A DNA stretch of 64,000 nucleotides, taken from positions 48,608,001 to 48,672,000 of the forward strand of contig CM059443.1 of assembly GCA_030390025.1 (NCBI GenBank). The letters are read 5' to 3'. This stretch comes from Squalus acanthias. Taxonomy: Eukaryota. Positions within the stretch are counted from its first letter, which is position 1. Each line of letters begins with the position of its first letter. The notes below the pieces were generated by a model, which searched no databases, was not told where the DNA came from, and saw nothing but the letters and a program-made list of their open reading frames with translations. Positions 46,290 through 59,162 of this stretch are shown one piece after another. A program made the translations under genes and the position numbers.

Positions 46290-47280
46290 ATTTTTTTTAA
46301 ATCATTTTGCAGTATGTGGGCATCAAGGGCAATTGCGGAATTTATTGCCCATCCCTAGTTGCCCTTGAGATGGTGATAGGCCCTCTCCTTGAACTGCTGC
46401 TGTCAGTGTCGTGAGGTTGCTCCCACAGTGTTGTTAGTTCAGGAGTTCCAAGATTTTGACCCAGCGACAATGAAGGAACTGCCGATTTATGTCCAAGTCA
46501 GGATGGTGTGTGACTTGGAGGGGAACTTGGAGGTGGTGGTGTGTCATGCACCTGCTGCCCTTGTCCTTCTTAAGTGGGGGAGGTTGCGGGTTTGGGAGGT
46601 GCTGTCGAAGAAGCCTTGGTGAGTTGCTGCAGTGCAACTTGTAGATGATGCACACTGTAGCCACGTTGTGCCGATGGTGGGGGGACTGAATGTTTAAGGT
46701 GGTGGATGGGATGCCAATTAAGCACGTTGCTTTGTCTTGGATGGTGTCGAGCTTTTTGAGTGTTGTTGCAGCTGCAATCATCCAGGCAAGTGGAGAGTAT
46801 TCCATCACACTCCTGACTTGTACCTTGTAGGTGGTGGAGAGACTTTGGGGAGTCAGGAAGTGAAACACTCGCCGCAGAATATGACCTGCTCTAGTAGCCA
46901 GGGATTATATGTGGCTGTTCCAGCTATGCTTCTGGTCAATTGTGACCCCCCAGGATGTTGATGGTGGGGGATTCAGGGATGTTAATGCCATTGAATGTCA
47001 AGAGGAGGTTGTTACGCTCTCTTTGTTGGAGATGGTCATTGTCTGGCACATAGGTGGTGCAAATGTTACTTGCCAGTTATCAGCCCAGGCCTGGATGTTG
47101 TCCAGATCTTGCTGCATGCGGACATTGACTGGTTCATTATCTGAGGAATTATGAAAGGAGTTGAACACTGAAAACATCAGCAAACATCCCCACTTCTGAC
47201 ATGATGATGGATGGAAGGTCAATGATGAAGCAGCTGAAGATCGTTGGGCCTAGGAGTACCTGAAGCGATGACCCCAGGGA
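46290..47280 (-). mobile_element. LINE family B 3' fragment (continues at about 50796-50835 beyond the nested CR1)
   Basis: LTPQSLSTTYKVQVRSVMEYSPLAW...; QQDLDNIQAWAD.WQVTFAP. Confidence 0.85.
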
Positions 47281-50200
47281 CATAGAAACATAGAAGATAG
47301 GAGCAGGAGTAGTCCATTTAGCCCCTCTAGCCTGCTCCGCCATTCAATGCGATCATGGCTGATCATCCAAATTCAGAACCCTGTCCCTGCTTTCTCCCCA
47401 TATCCCTTGATCCCTTTAGCCTTAAGAAATATATCCAACTCCTTCTTGAATCTATTTAATGAATTGGCCTCAAGTGCCTTCTGTGGCAGAGAATTCCAGA
47501 GTGTCACCACTCTCTGGGTGAAGAAATTCCTCCTCATTTCCGTCCTAAATGGCTTACCCCTTATCCTTAGACTGTGACCCCTGGTTCTGGACTCCCCGAC
47601 CATCGGGAACATCCTTCTTGCATCTAGTCTGTCCAGTCCTTTCAGAATTTTATAAGTTTCAATGAGATCCCCTCTCATTCTTCTAAACTCTAGCGAGTAT
47701 AAGCCCAATCGACCCAATCTCTCCTCATACGTCATTCCTGCCATCCTAGGTATCAGCTTGGTGAATCTTCGCTGAGCTCCTTCCATGGCAAGAAGATCCT
47801 TCCTCAGATAAGGCGACCAAAACTGCACACAATACTCAAGATGTGGTCTCACCAAGGCCCTGGACAACTGCAGCAAGACATCCTTGTTCCTGTACTCAAA
47901 CCCTCTCGCTCCGAAGGCCAACATACCATTTGCCTTCTTAACCTCCTGCTGCACCTGTATGCTTACCTTCAGCGACTGGTGCACAAGGACACCCAGGTCT
48001 CGTTGCACTTCCCCTTCTCCCAATCTATTGCCATTCAGATAATAATCTGCCTTCCTGTTTTTGACACCAAAGTGGATAGCCTCACATTTATCCACGTTAT
48101 ATTGCATCTGCCATGCTTCTGCCCAATCACCCAACCTGTCCAAATCATACTGGAGTTTCTCGGCATCCTCCTCACAGCACACACGCCCACCCAGCTTTGT
48201 GTCGTCTGCAAACTTGGAGATATTACATCTAGTTCCCTTGTCGAGATCATTAATATATATTGTGAATAGCTGGGGTCCAAGGACCGATCCCTGCGGTACC
48301 CCACTAGTCACTGCCTGCCACTCGGAAAAAGACCCGTTTATTCCAACTCTTTGCTTTCTGTCTGCCAACCAGTTCTCTATACAAGTCAATACCTTGCCCC
48401 CAATCCCATGTGCCTTAACTTTACACGCTAATCTCCTATGTGGGACCTTATCGAAAGCCTTTTGAAAGTCCAAATACACCACATCCACTGGTTCTCCCTT
48501 ATCTATTTTACCAGTTACATCCTCAAAAAATTCTAGCAGATTAGTCAAGCACAATTTACCTTTTGTAAATCCATGTTGACTTTGTCCGATCCAGTCATTG
48601 TTTTCTAAGTGCTCTGCTATTACATCCTTTATAATGGACTCTAGCATTTTCCCCACTACCGATGTCAGGCTTACCGGTCTGTAATTCCCCGTTTTCTCTC
48701 TACCAAATTTTTTGAATAGTCGGGTAACATTAGCTACCCTCCAATCCATGGGTATTGTTCCAGATTCCATCGAATGTTGGAAGATGATCAGCAATGCATC
48801 TACTATTTCTAGGGCCACTTCCTTAACTACCCTAGGATGTAGATTATCAGGCCCTGGGGATTTATCGGCCTTCAATCCCACCAATTTCCCTAACACCATT
48901 TTCCTACAAATACTGATTTCTTTCAGTTCCTCCCTTTCATCAGATGCTATGTTCCCCAACATCTCTGGAAGGTTATTTGTGTCCTCCTTTGTGAAGACAG
49001 AACCAAAATATGTATTTAATTGGTCTGACATTTCTTTGTTCCCCATTATAAGTTCCCCTGATTCTGACTGCAAGGGACCTACGCTTGACTTCACCAATCT
49101 TTTGCTCTTCACATATCTATAAAAGCTTTTACAGTCAGTTTTTATGTTCCCTACAAGCTTACTCTCATATTCTATTTTCCCCACCTTAATTAATCCCTTT
49201 GTCCTCCTTTGTTGAATCCTAAACTGCTCACAATCCTCAGGTTTACTGCTTTCTCTGGCCAATTTATATGTCCTCTCCTTGGATCTTATGCTATCCCTAA
49301 TTTTCCTTGTTAGCCACGGTTGAGTCACCTTTTTTGTTTTATTCTTATGCCAAACTGGGATGAACAAATTCTGTAGTTCATCCATGCGGTCTTTGAATGT
49401 TTGCCATTGCCTATCCACCGTCAACCCTTTGAGTGACATTCCCCAATCAATCCTACCCAACTCGCGCCTCATACCATCGTAGTTTCCTTTATTTAAATTC
49501 AGGACCCGAGTCTCTGAGGCAACTACTTCACTCTCCATCTTAATGAAGAATTCTATCATATTATGATCGCTCCGACCCAATGGGCCTCGTACAACAAGAT
49601 TGCTAATTAATCCTTTCTCATTACTTAATACCCAGTCTAAGATGGCCTGCTCTCTGGTTGGTTCCTCAACATATTGGTCCAGGAAACCATCCCGTAAACA
49701 CTCTAAATACCACTCCCACTAACGTTTTCTGCCCCTTGGTATTTCTCAGTTCTACCCATACAGATTCCACATCATCAGAGCTAATATCCTTCCTTACAAT
49801 GGTGTTAATCCCCTCTTTAACCAGCAATGCTACATCACCTCCCTTTCCTTTTTGCCTATCTTTCCTGAATATTGAATACCCCTGGATGTTGAGTTCCCAG
49901 CCTTGGCCACCCTGGAGCCATGTTTCCGTAATCCCAATCAAATCATATTCGTTTACCTCTATTTGCGCAGCTAATTCATCCACCTTATTCCGAATGCTCC
50001 TTGCATTAAGGCACAAAGCCTTCAGGCTTGTTTTTTTAACGCTCTTAGACCTATTAGAATTATTATTTACTGTGGCCATGTTTGATTTAAACCGTTGATT
50101 TCTCTGACTGCCACCTTTGTTTTTCTCCTTCCTATCTTTTGCTTTTATCCTTGTTTCCCTTTCCTCTGTCTCCCTGCTCAGGTTCCCAACCCCCTGCCAT

Positions 50201-50795
50201 TTTAGTTTAAACCCTCCCCCAGAGCACTAGCAAACACTCCCCCTAGGACATCGGTCCCAGCCCTGCCCAGGTGCAAACCATCCGGTTTGTACTGGTCCCA
50301 CCTCCCCCAGAACCGGTTCCAATGTCCCAGGAATTTGAATCCCTCCCCCTTGCACCATTCGTCTAGCCACGTATTCATCTGAAATATCCTTCTATTTCTA
50401 CTCTGACTAGCACGTGGCACTGGTAGCAATCTGGAGATTACTAACTTTGTGGTCCTATTTTTTAATTTACCTCCTAACTCCCTATATTCGGCTTTTAGGA
50501 CCTCATCCCATTTTTTACCTATATCGTTGGTACCTATATGCACCACGACAACTGGCTGTTCACCCTCCCCTTCCAAAATGTTCTGCAGCCGCTCTGAGAC
50601 ATCCTTGACCCTTGCACCAGGGAGGCAACACACCATCCTGGAGTCTCGTTTGCGGCCGCAGAAACGCCTATCTATTCCCCTTACAATAGAATCCCCTATC
50701 ACTATAGCTCTACCCCTCTTTTTCCTCCCATCCTGTGCAGCAGGGCCACCCCTGGTGCCAGGAAGTTGGCTGCTGCTGCCTTCCTCTGATAAGCT
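47281..50795 (-). mobile_element. Near full-length CR1 (partial ORF1, ORF2 with a deletion in the endonuclease), same subfamily as 35406-37596
   Basis: (CATAGAAA)n tail, 735-aa open RT region 47373-49580, EN N-terminus 49666-50079 and ORF1 esterase 50202-50702. Confidence 0.95.
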
Positions 50796-52154
50796 CTGAG
50801 GTCATTGGCCTCAAAAAACCACAACCACTCCTTTGATCAAACTTTTGGTCACCCCTTCTATTATCTCCTTCTTTAGCTCAGACTCCAATTTTTCCTAACA
50901 CCTCTCTATGGGGACATGTTGGGAACAGTTCAGTTTTTCCACCAGTTCCTCTTTGTCATCTTTTGTCTTGGGAAGTTTGAACCAGAGGAACAAATGAAAA
51001 AGAGGAAGTCCCCTGAATGTGATAAATATATATCTAACTCGAGGTTTATTAGTTGCAGTTCTTCCACCCAAAGAAAAGGTCCCACCAGCCTAGAAATATC
51101 TGAGAACTGTTACTGCAGATCACACAGTATAAATGCATCAAATTATTAACCAGCAGGAAAACTCAAAGACTGAATCCATTTGTATATCCGGCTGAATCTC
51201 ACACCCACTTCGACACCAATAAGCTGTAAATAGCCAAGCCTTTTACACTTGCATCATTGCCCATCATCAGTTCGAATTTCACAATCATCGCACACTTCCT
51301 GCCACTTTGTATGGAGGAGGTTTTAGTACTGAGTTCATTAGGATTCATTTCACTTCAGTACTTGTATGTGTGGTGTTCATATTGTAAATAACACCCATTG
51401 TTCCAGAGTTAGGTGCTGAAGTCAAGGGCTGGACAATGAGCCAAATGCCAGGGTTATGAGGGTAAATTCACTGACTCTATCCCCTCCCCGCACCCCGCCA
51501 GCAGTGAGCTCTGCTTGAAGGAGACACAATCTATCAGAGGGCCACAGTGCTAACCCCTGACCCCTGTTTGAGCATGGCTGCCCACAAGGAGTGTGGGATT
51601 GGTGAATCTAGCGTGAAAGTCCTTTTATCTTACTGAGCCATGCATTAAACATTTCCAACATTAAAATATAAACTTCTAATTTCAATGTAGTTACACTGTT
51701 TTATGCTTTGCAAAATACTGTTCAGAGATCGGCTGGGGGCAGACAATTTGTACCAAACTTTCCCTTACACAATCGTGAATTTCCACCTCAGCGTCCTCAT
51801 AAATTGGGTTCCGCGTCCCCCTCCGCCCCCTCTCCACAGCCCATTGCCCCCTCTCCACAGCCCATTCCCCCCACTCCCCCCACCCCACTCCCTCCTCCCA
51901 CTTCCTCCTGAGTCTGATTGCAGTGTCCTCACTGAGAGCAGTTCATTCATTCAATTGGTTTGGCATAAAATTCCTGCTGGACAGATAACACAGCTCGTCG
52001 TTTAGTTATAATTTTTAAAGTGTTTATTGAATGACTTTCAATCGCACAAGTTCCATTTTGTGTCTCACACAGCAGCGATGCGTTATTCTATCTAAACAGA
52101 GTCCAAGGGGGTGAAATTGCTCTTCGCCAGTAGCGTGAAATTCATTCCGAATCG

Positions 52155-52350
52155 ATATTGGCCAGGACACCGGGGAGAACTCCCCTGCTCTTCTTCGAAA
52201 TAGTGCCACGGGATCTTTTACATCACCTGAGAGAGCAGACGGGTCTCAGTTTAACGTCTCATCCGAAAGACGTCACCTCTGACAGTGCAGCACTCCCTCA
52301 GTACTGTACTGGAGTGTCAGCCTAGATGATGTGCTCAGGTCTCTGGAGTG
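52155..52350 (-). mobile_element. Deu-domain SINE (SacSINE1-like) core
   Basis: ATATTGGCCAGGACACCGGGGAGAACTCCCCTGCTCTTCTTCGAAATAGTGCCA.GGGATCTTTTAC...GTTTAACGTCTCATCCGAAAGACG. Confidence 0.85.
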
Positions 52351-53702
52351 CCATTCAAATTTCTGCATATGCATTCTCAGCTTGTCTGAGATTCCACAGC
52401 GCGAGCGTGAATCCGTAACATCATCTCTACATGCTCCCACGTTTAGCATGGCTCCCTGTATTCTGCTCCAACAACGACACCAGCGTGATTTTCTGTTTCC
52501 CACACCAGCCGTCGCTACAGCTTCCCCATCCCCCCACCCCCGCCCGACTCACACTGGGAATTGAGTGCTGTGCTGTGAGACCATGTGTGAGAACTGGGCT
52601 GGGCTGGACTGGGCCAAACACATTTCGCGTCGCTATGCTGCAAGCAGTGGAGAGAGGAGACTGTCATCCAGGCATTCTGGACTGCATTCAAAGCCAGATG
52701 CCAGAGAGAAAAAGTGAAAGGGTATCGTGCTAAAACTGGCGCCAGCTTAGCACGGACTGGCACTCTGACCCAGAGAGGTCACAAGGTCAGGTGGTGCGGG
52801 AAAAGTTGTCTCTGCACCAAACCCGTGCTGTACCAGACCTGGGCCTGCTCGACACTGACACTGGGGCCTAGAAATTGGCTCCGGGTGCAGCACACACCGC
52901 ACACACCCAATGGGGCCGGCGGCAGGAACACGGCACATTGGACCCCCGGCCTCATTAGTTTATCAGTAGCGAGCTGCAGGCTCCAGTCACGGCCTCAGAG
53001 GCAGCTCACAGGAGGAGGGAGCAAGATTGGCCGACTGGGACCTGAGCTGATTCCGGGATGGGGGAACGGGACAGAGGGATGAGGCAAATGGGAGGGGGAC
53101 ACGCGAGCGATGTCTGGTAGTGGCTGACGGTTTTAATGTGGGGCCGGGAGGAGCATGCCTGCTTCCTCCTGATTCACATTCAGGTAAGGATTTGTTTTAA
53201 AACTTACTCTTTTGGTGGCGGCCTCCAGCGGTCTCTTTAAGGACCCCTGGTTAGGCCTGGTGAGGCCGCGTGGAGACCTGGTCACCCTGAATTCAGCAGG
53301 CCCAAGGCCGGCAGCGTTCAGGAAAAGCCAGTCTCCGGCTTGGGTCCTAGAACAAGCGGTAGGCCCTTCATTAGCATATTCAAGGTGCCTAACGCCTGTT
53401 TCAGGCGATCGCCAGGGACGCCTCTACAGTGCCCGAACCAATAAGGCAACAGACGTGTTTCCGACGCTATTCGGGCATGGAGGGTTGGCCCCCTAAATTG
53501 GACCTCTTTTGCACCCATTATCCACCCAGAAAAACGGTGCAACGATGTCCAATTAACCCCCACCCCGGGTGTCTGCAGTGGGAAAGTGTTCAATACCCAG
53601 TGCTGACCATGATGAGTGTAAAATATATGTATTTTTTAAATCTTGTACCACTATGAGTTTAAACAAGTTATCCGTTGCCTTTCTCCTGTTACTCGATTAT
53701 GC

Positions 53703-53953
53703 TCAGGTTTCCTCCATTTTAGCATAAATAGGATTTTCTTCCATTTTTAACGGGCCAGGTCGTGGATCATCTTCCTCCAGCTGGGACTGTGTCACCGCGT
53801 CTACCGGGCAGCCTATCAAAGAATAAATCTGCTCATTGGACAAAGCAACGGGATCCTCCTTACTGTCCTCTTTGGGCTGTGATTGGCCGTCTGGTTTGAG
53901 TTCAGTAGCTGAAGAGGTTTCAACCTGCCGTCCATGGTCCGTGTGGTCTCTGC
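53703..53953 (-). CDS. IgSF receptor copy B, terminal cytoplasmic exon
   Basis: Phase-1 acceptor CTCTCTTAATATCTAG|GC. RDHTDHGRQ...NEQIYSLIGC...EENPIYAKMEET*. Absent from the ORF track. Confidence 0.8.
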
Positions 53954-54113
53954 CTAGATATTAAGAGAGGAGATCACGTTTGATGGGTTCACTTCCAGTG
54001 GGGGACAGATAATGAAAGTGGACTGTCTCGTTACTTGAGATAAAGGTCCAGGAGCTTTAGAACAGACACAGTGTTGACTGAGAGGATTATACTGAAAGAT
54101 TGCAACGACTTAC

Positions 54114-54148
54114 ATTTTACTCCCTGGATTTCAGTTTTGTCTCCATCA
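54114..54148 (-). CDS. IgSF receptor copy B, 35-nt exon (DGDKTEIQGVK)
   Basis: TTTTCTGTTTTCTTAG| ... |GTAAGT. Phase 2 to 1 exactly bridges the flanking exons. Confidence 0.78.
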
Positions 54149-54344
54149 CTAAGAAAACAGAAAATTAAACATGTGAATAATGAGTAACATAAGATTCAAA
54201 CAATATTAAACCATTGTAAGTGGAGACTAGGTGAGGTCACTTTCTCCCCAGAGCCTGGATTTCAGTCCAGCCCAGACTGAAATTCTCTCATTCATTTTCT
54301 CTCTCTCTGTCTCTCTCTCTCTCTGTCTCTCCGACTCTCGTTCT

Positions 54345-54603
54345 NNNNNNNNNNNNNNNNNNNNNNNNNNNNNNNNNNNNNNNNNNNNNNNNNNNNNNNN
54401 NNNNNNNNNNNNNNNNNNNNNNNNNNNNNNNNNNNNNNNNNNNNNNNNNNNNNNNNNNNNNNNNNNNNNNNNNNNNNNNNNNNNNNNNNNNNNNNNNNNN
54501 NNNNNNNNNNNNNNNNNNNNNNNNNNNNNNNNNNNNNNNNNNNNNNNNNNNNNNNNNNNNNNNNNNNNNNNNNNNNNNNNNNNNNNNNNNNNNNNNNNNN
54601 NNN
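54345..54603. other. Assembly gap within a (CT)n-rich tract
   Basis: N run flanked by CT microsatellite. Exon phases on the two sides are compatible, supporting this join. Confidence 0.97.
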
Positions 54604-54959
54604 CCTATCTCTTTCTCTCTTGCTTTGTCTCTCTCTCTCTTTCTATCTTTGCTATGTGAGCAGTCCTCTCTACAATGAGTTTTCACAGTCCCAATCCAAT
54701 TCCTTGCCTAAAACTGCCCATCATTCAGTAAAATATTTGGACGAAATTGATCATTATCGTCAAATACGCCAAAATATTGTCCTGACAAAGTGTAAAAGAA
54801 AATAACTTCACACGGGCACAGTGAAAGGAGCTATTCTGATGTTGGGATAAAGGAGCACTATCAGGTCAGAGGGCAGAGTGATTTACACGGCCTCCAGCCA
54901 TTCTATACCTGACTTAGAAATGTTCGGTTGTGAGATTGGCTGCACAACCTGGAAATGTT

Positions 54960-55330
54960 TTGTGCTGGGTGGTGGAATAGATTAGTACGGCCCTTTCATA
55001 TTTTAGGATCTGTTCTCAAATCAAGTCCAGAATATTGGGAATAAAAGTCTCTCTCTGTGCCTCTATTACTGTCTGTCTGTCCCTGTCTCTTTGTCTTTCT
55101 CTGTCTCTTTCTCTCGAAGGGTCCTTGATGAAATAAGTTTAGTCATCTCGTTCCAGTTTGTAGCTCGTGTGAGCCACAGTACAAAACTACCGCTAAATTA
55201 GCACTTTCACTCAAACAGGCCATGAGGTGTGAGAAGTGAAATGTCCGAGCTCCCTCCTGAGTTTGGAGTTGAGGAGCATTGTTGGGACAGTCCAGAGGGA
55301 GCTTTACGCTGCACCTAATCTGGAGTGCTC
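54960..55330 (+). mobile_element. Degenerate SINE-like element (possibly LF-SINE related)
   Basis: GTTCCAGTTTGTAG...CACAGTACAAAACTACC...AATTAGCAC...GTTGAGGAGCATTGTTGGGACAGT..GGGAGCTTTAC.CTGCA resembles recalled LF-SINE-type bodies. Confidence 0.4.
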
Positions 55331-55487
55331 CAAATGATACTGTGTGGCCACAGTGGAAAAGTAATCCATTTGCAGAGTGGGCTCCCCTCACCTTCATTAC
55401 ATTAACAATCTCCGAACCCTCCATCGCAAAACAAACCCGTGGTCAGTGTTGAACGTTGCCGGGGCCGACAGCTGTCACTCTGCTTAC

Positions 55488-55674
55488 CCTTTGACCATTG
55501 ACTCTTCGATCAAACAGTACACATGCTCTGTAGAGTCAGACTTTGGGCCAGTGCTCTCCATTCCTTCACCAGGCCTTGGCTGGCTCGATGGCGTTGGAAC
55601 TCTCGTCACCGAGTACGCAACATGCTCGTTGTCATCGCTCTGATCCCTTCTGGGAACCACAGAGTACGGGAAAC
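55488..55674 (-). CDS. IgSF receptor copy B, complete cytoplasmic tyrosine exon
   Basis: FPYSVV...VAYSVT...HVYCLIEESMVK, donor GG|GTAAGC, 187 nt, phase 1 to 2. Confidence 0.82.
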
Positions 55675-55768
55675 CTAGACAGAAGGACGAGTAGACGATG
55701 TGTGCTTTTAGTTTCAACTCTCAAAGGGACAGGCTTGGAAGAGCTGGGCAGTAATTCTAGTCACTTAC

Positions 55769-55922
55769 ATTCAGCCACCTGTGTCAGCTGCACATCACCG
55801 GCCCTACAGTTCGTAAAGAAAAGCAACCTGTAAATGTTCCATTAAATGAGGAAAACTATACAGAAAGTCTGCCCGAAAACTGAACGAATCCCATCCCTAC
55901 CTGGGTCCTGGTGCTGAGGATC
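55769..55922 (-). CDS. IgSF receptor copy B, two cytoplasmic mini-exons (55922-55901 and 55803-55769)
   Basis: Same splice sites and near-identical sequence to the copy A mini-exons. Confidence 0.7.
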
Positions 55923-56032
55923 CTTCACAACACATGCCATAAGATTGGAAAGATAAATTTAAAAATCTTTGTAAGGAGTCTGCACTTACAATTTTCTAGA
56001 TTTAGAGCAAACATTTTAAAGCTCTTGCTTAC

Positions 56033-56158
56033 CTTTGGCAGCTTGTCGTTTCCTTCGGATTATGCAAAGTGCCCCAACAATGCAAAGTACCCCAACAATG
56101 CAAATGATCACAACCGCAAACGCTATGGCTACTTTCACAGGTGTGGCAGTGTCTGGAC
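56033..56158 (-). CDS. IgSF receptor copy B, transmembrane exon
   Basis: Canonical CTCCTCTGCAG|GT acceptor. GPDTATPVKVAIAFAVVIICIVGVLCIVGALCII-RRKRQAAK. Confidence 0.85.
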
Positions 56159-56232
56159 CTGCAGAGGAGAAGCAACATTAAGTTCAGTCTGTGCAATCCC
56201 GTGTTATATGTACAGCTGATCACACTGGTTAC

Positions 56233-56265
56233 CTGGGCTGAGGAACAGACATTTCCGGTTAGAAT
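56233..56265 (-). CDS. IgSF receptor copy B, 33-nt stalk exon (NSNRKCLFLSP)
   Basis: Paralogous to 38337-38369 with intact AG and GT. Confidence 0.65.
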
Positions 56266-56359
56266 CTGGAATAGTGCTCTGGCGAAGAAAGGAAATCGAA
56301 CCAACTTTTAATGGGTACAAACTGGACAACTGATCTGGAATCTATCAACTTTAATTTTT

Positions 56360-59080
56360 TTAATTCATTCATGGGATGTGGGCGTCATTGACAAGGCCAA
56401 CATTTATTGCCCATCCCTAATTGCCCTTGAGAAGGTGGTGGTGAGCTGCCTTCTTGAACCGCTGCAGTCCATGTGGTGAAGGTACTCCCACAGTGCTGTT
56501 AGGGAAGGAGGCCCAGGATTTTGACCCAGCGACGATGAAGGAACGGCAATATACTTCTAAGTCAGGATGGTGTGTGACTTGGGGGGCAACTTGGAGATGA
56601 TGGTGTTCCCATGAGCCTGCTGCCCTGTCCTTCTAGGTGGTAGAGGTCACGGGTTTGGGAGGTGCTGCCGAAGAAGCTTTGGCGAGTTGCAGCAGTGCAT
56701 CTTGTAGCTGGTACACACTGCAGCCAAGGTACGCCAGTGGTGGAGGGAGTGAATGTTTAAGATGTGGATGGGGTGCCAATCGAGCGGGCTGCTTTGTCCT
56801 GGATGGTGTCGAGTGTCTTCAGTGTTGTTGGAACTGCACTCATCGAGGCAAGTGGAGAGTATTCCATCACACTCCTTACTTGTGCCTTGTAGATGGTGGA
56901 AAGGCTTTGGTGAGTAAGGAGGTGAGATACTCGCTGCAGAATACCCAGCCTCTGACCTACTCTTGTTGCCACAGTATTTATGTGGCTGTTCCAGTTACGG
57001 TTCTGGTCAATAGTGACCCCCAGGATGTTGATGGTGGGGGTTTCGGCAATGGTAATGCCGTTGAATGTTAAGGGGAGGTGGTTAGACTCTCTCTTATTGG
57101 AGATGGTCATTGCCTGGCACTTATGTGGCGCGAATGTTACTTGCCATTTATCAGCCCAAGCCTGAATGTTGTCCAGGTCTTGCTGCACACAGACATGGAC
57201 TGCTTCATTATCTGAGGAGTTGCGAATGGAACTGAACACTGTGCAGTCATCAGCAAGCATCCCCACTTCTGTCCTTATGATGGAGGGAAGGTCATTGATG
57301 AAGCAGCTGAAGATAGTTCGGACTAGGACACTGCCCTGAGGAACTTTTGCAGCAATGTCCTGGGGCTGAGATGATTGGCCTCCAACAACCAGAACCACCT
57401 TCCTTTGTGATAGGTATGACTCCAGCCAGTGGAGAGTTTACCCCCTGATTCCATTGCCTTCAATTTTACTGAGGTTCCTTGATGCCACAATCGGTCAAAT
57501 GCTACCTTGATGTCAAGGGCAGTCACTCTAACCTCCCCTCTGGAATTCAGCTTTTGTCCATGTTTGGACCAAGGTTGTAATGAGGTCTGGAGCCAAGTGG
57601 TCCGAGCAGAACCCAAACTGAGCATCAGTGAGCAGGTTATTGGTGAGTAATTGCCACTTAATAGTACTGTCGACAATACCTTCCATCACTTTGCTGATGA
57701 TTGAGAGTAGACTGATGGGGCGGGAATTCACCGTTTTGGATTTATACTACTTTTTGAAGACCGGACATACCTGGGCAATTTTCCACTTTGTCGGGTAGAT
57801 GCCAGTGTTGTAGCTGTACTGGAACAGCTTGGCTAGAGGCACGGCTAGTTCTGGAGCACAAGCCTTCAGCACGACAGCCGGGATGTTGTCGGGGCTCATA
57901 GCCTTTGCTGTATCCAGTGCGCTCAACCGTTTCTTGATATCACGTGGAGTGAATCAAATTGGCTGAAGACTGGCTTCTGTGATAGTGGGGACTGCAGGAG
58001 GAGGCCGAGATGAATCATCCACTCACCACTTCTGGCTGAAGATGGTTGCAAACACTTCAGCCTTGTCTTTTGCACTCACGTGCTGGGCTCTGACATCATT
58101 GAGGATGGGGATGTGCATGGAGCCTCCTCCCGTTAGTTGTTTAATGGTCCACCACCATTCACGATGTGGCAGGACTGCAGAGCTTTGATCTCATCCATTG
58201 GTTGTGGGATCGCTTTACTCTGTCTATAGCATGCTCCATCTGCTGTTTAGCATGCATGTATTGTAGCTTCACCAGGTTGGCACCTCATTTTTAGGTACGT
58301 CTGCTGCTGTTCCTGGAATGCTCTTCTACACTGCTCATTGAACCGGGGTTGGTCCCCTGGCTTGATGTTAATGGTAGAGTGAGGGATATGTCGGCCCATG
58401 AAGTTACAGATTGTGATGGAGTACAATTCTGCTGCTGCTGATGGTCCACAGTACCTCATGGATGTCCAGTTTTGAGCTGCTAGATCTGTTCTGAATCTAT
58501 CCCATTTAGTACGGTGGTAGTGCCACACAACACGATGGAAGGTGTCCTCAGGATGAAGACCGGTCCTTGTCTCCACAAGGACTGTGCGGTGGTTACTCTT
58601 ACCAATACTGTCATGGAGAGATGCATCTGCGACAGGTAGATTGGTGAGGACGAGGTCAAGTATGTTTCTCCCTCGTGTTGGTTCTTTCACCACCCGCCGC
58701 TGGCAGCTATGTCCTTCAGGACTCGACCAGCTCCGTCAGTAGCGGTGCTACCGAGCCACTCGGTGATGGACATTGAAGTCCCCCACCCAGAGTACATTCT
58801 GTGCCCTTGCTACCCTCAGTGCTTCTTCCAAGTGGTGTTCAACGTGGAGGAGTACTGATTCATCAGCTGAGGGAGGCCGGTAGGTGGAAATCAGCAAGAG
58901 GTTTCCTTGCCCATGTTTGACCTGATGCCATGAGACCTCTTGGGGTCAGGGAGTCAATGTTGAGGACTCCAAGGGCCACTCCCTTCCGACTATATACCAC
59001 TGTGCTGCCACCTCTGATGGGTCTGTCTTGCCTGAGGGACAGGACATACTTAGGGATGGTGATGGAGGAGCCTGGGACAT
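56360..59080 (-). mobile_element. LINE family B (EN plus RT, decayed) inserted in a copy B intron
   Basis: EPTRGRNILDLVLTN...; RPISLLSIISKVME; VPQGSVL...FINDL...ADD. Absent from the matching 137-nt intron of copy A. Confidence 0.92.
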
Positions 59081-59162
59081 TTCGTGAAAGAATTATTTAT
59101 ATTATTTATATTGAATTATTTATATTAAATGAGTCGCATTGTTTCTAGATTGTATCACTTAC

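Noticed and set aside
51691-51888. ORF containing NPIYEDAEV as the tail of a third receptor copy
   Set aside because: It has a low-complexity G-rich start, no convincing acceptor, and no further similarity to the copy B terminal exon.
52900-53530. GC-rich segment as a CpG-island promoter or exon (similar-looking segments at 18330-18730 and 30610-30910)
   Set aside because: No coherent ORF or splice pattern. It resembles decayed non-autonomous repeats, but I cannot define its ends or family.
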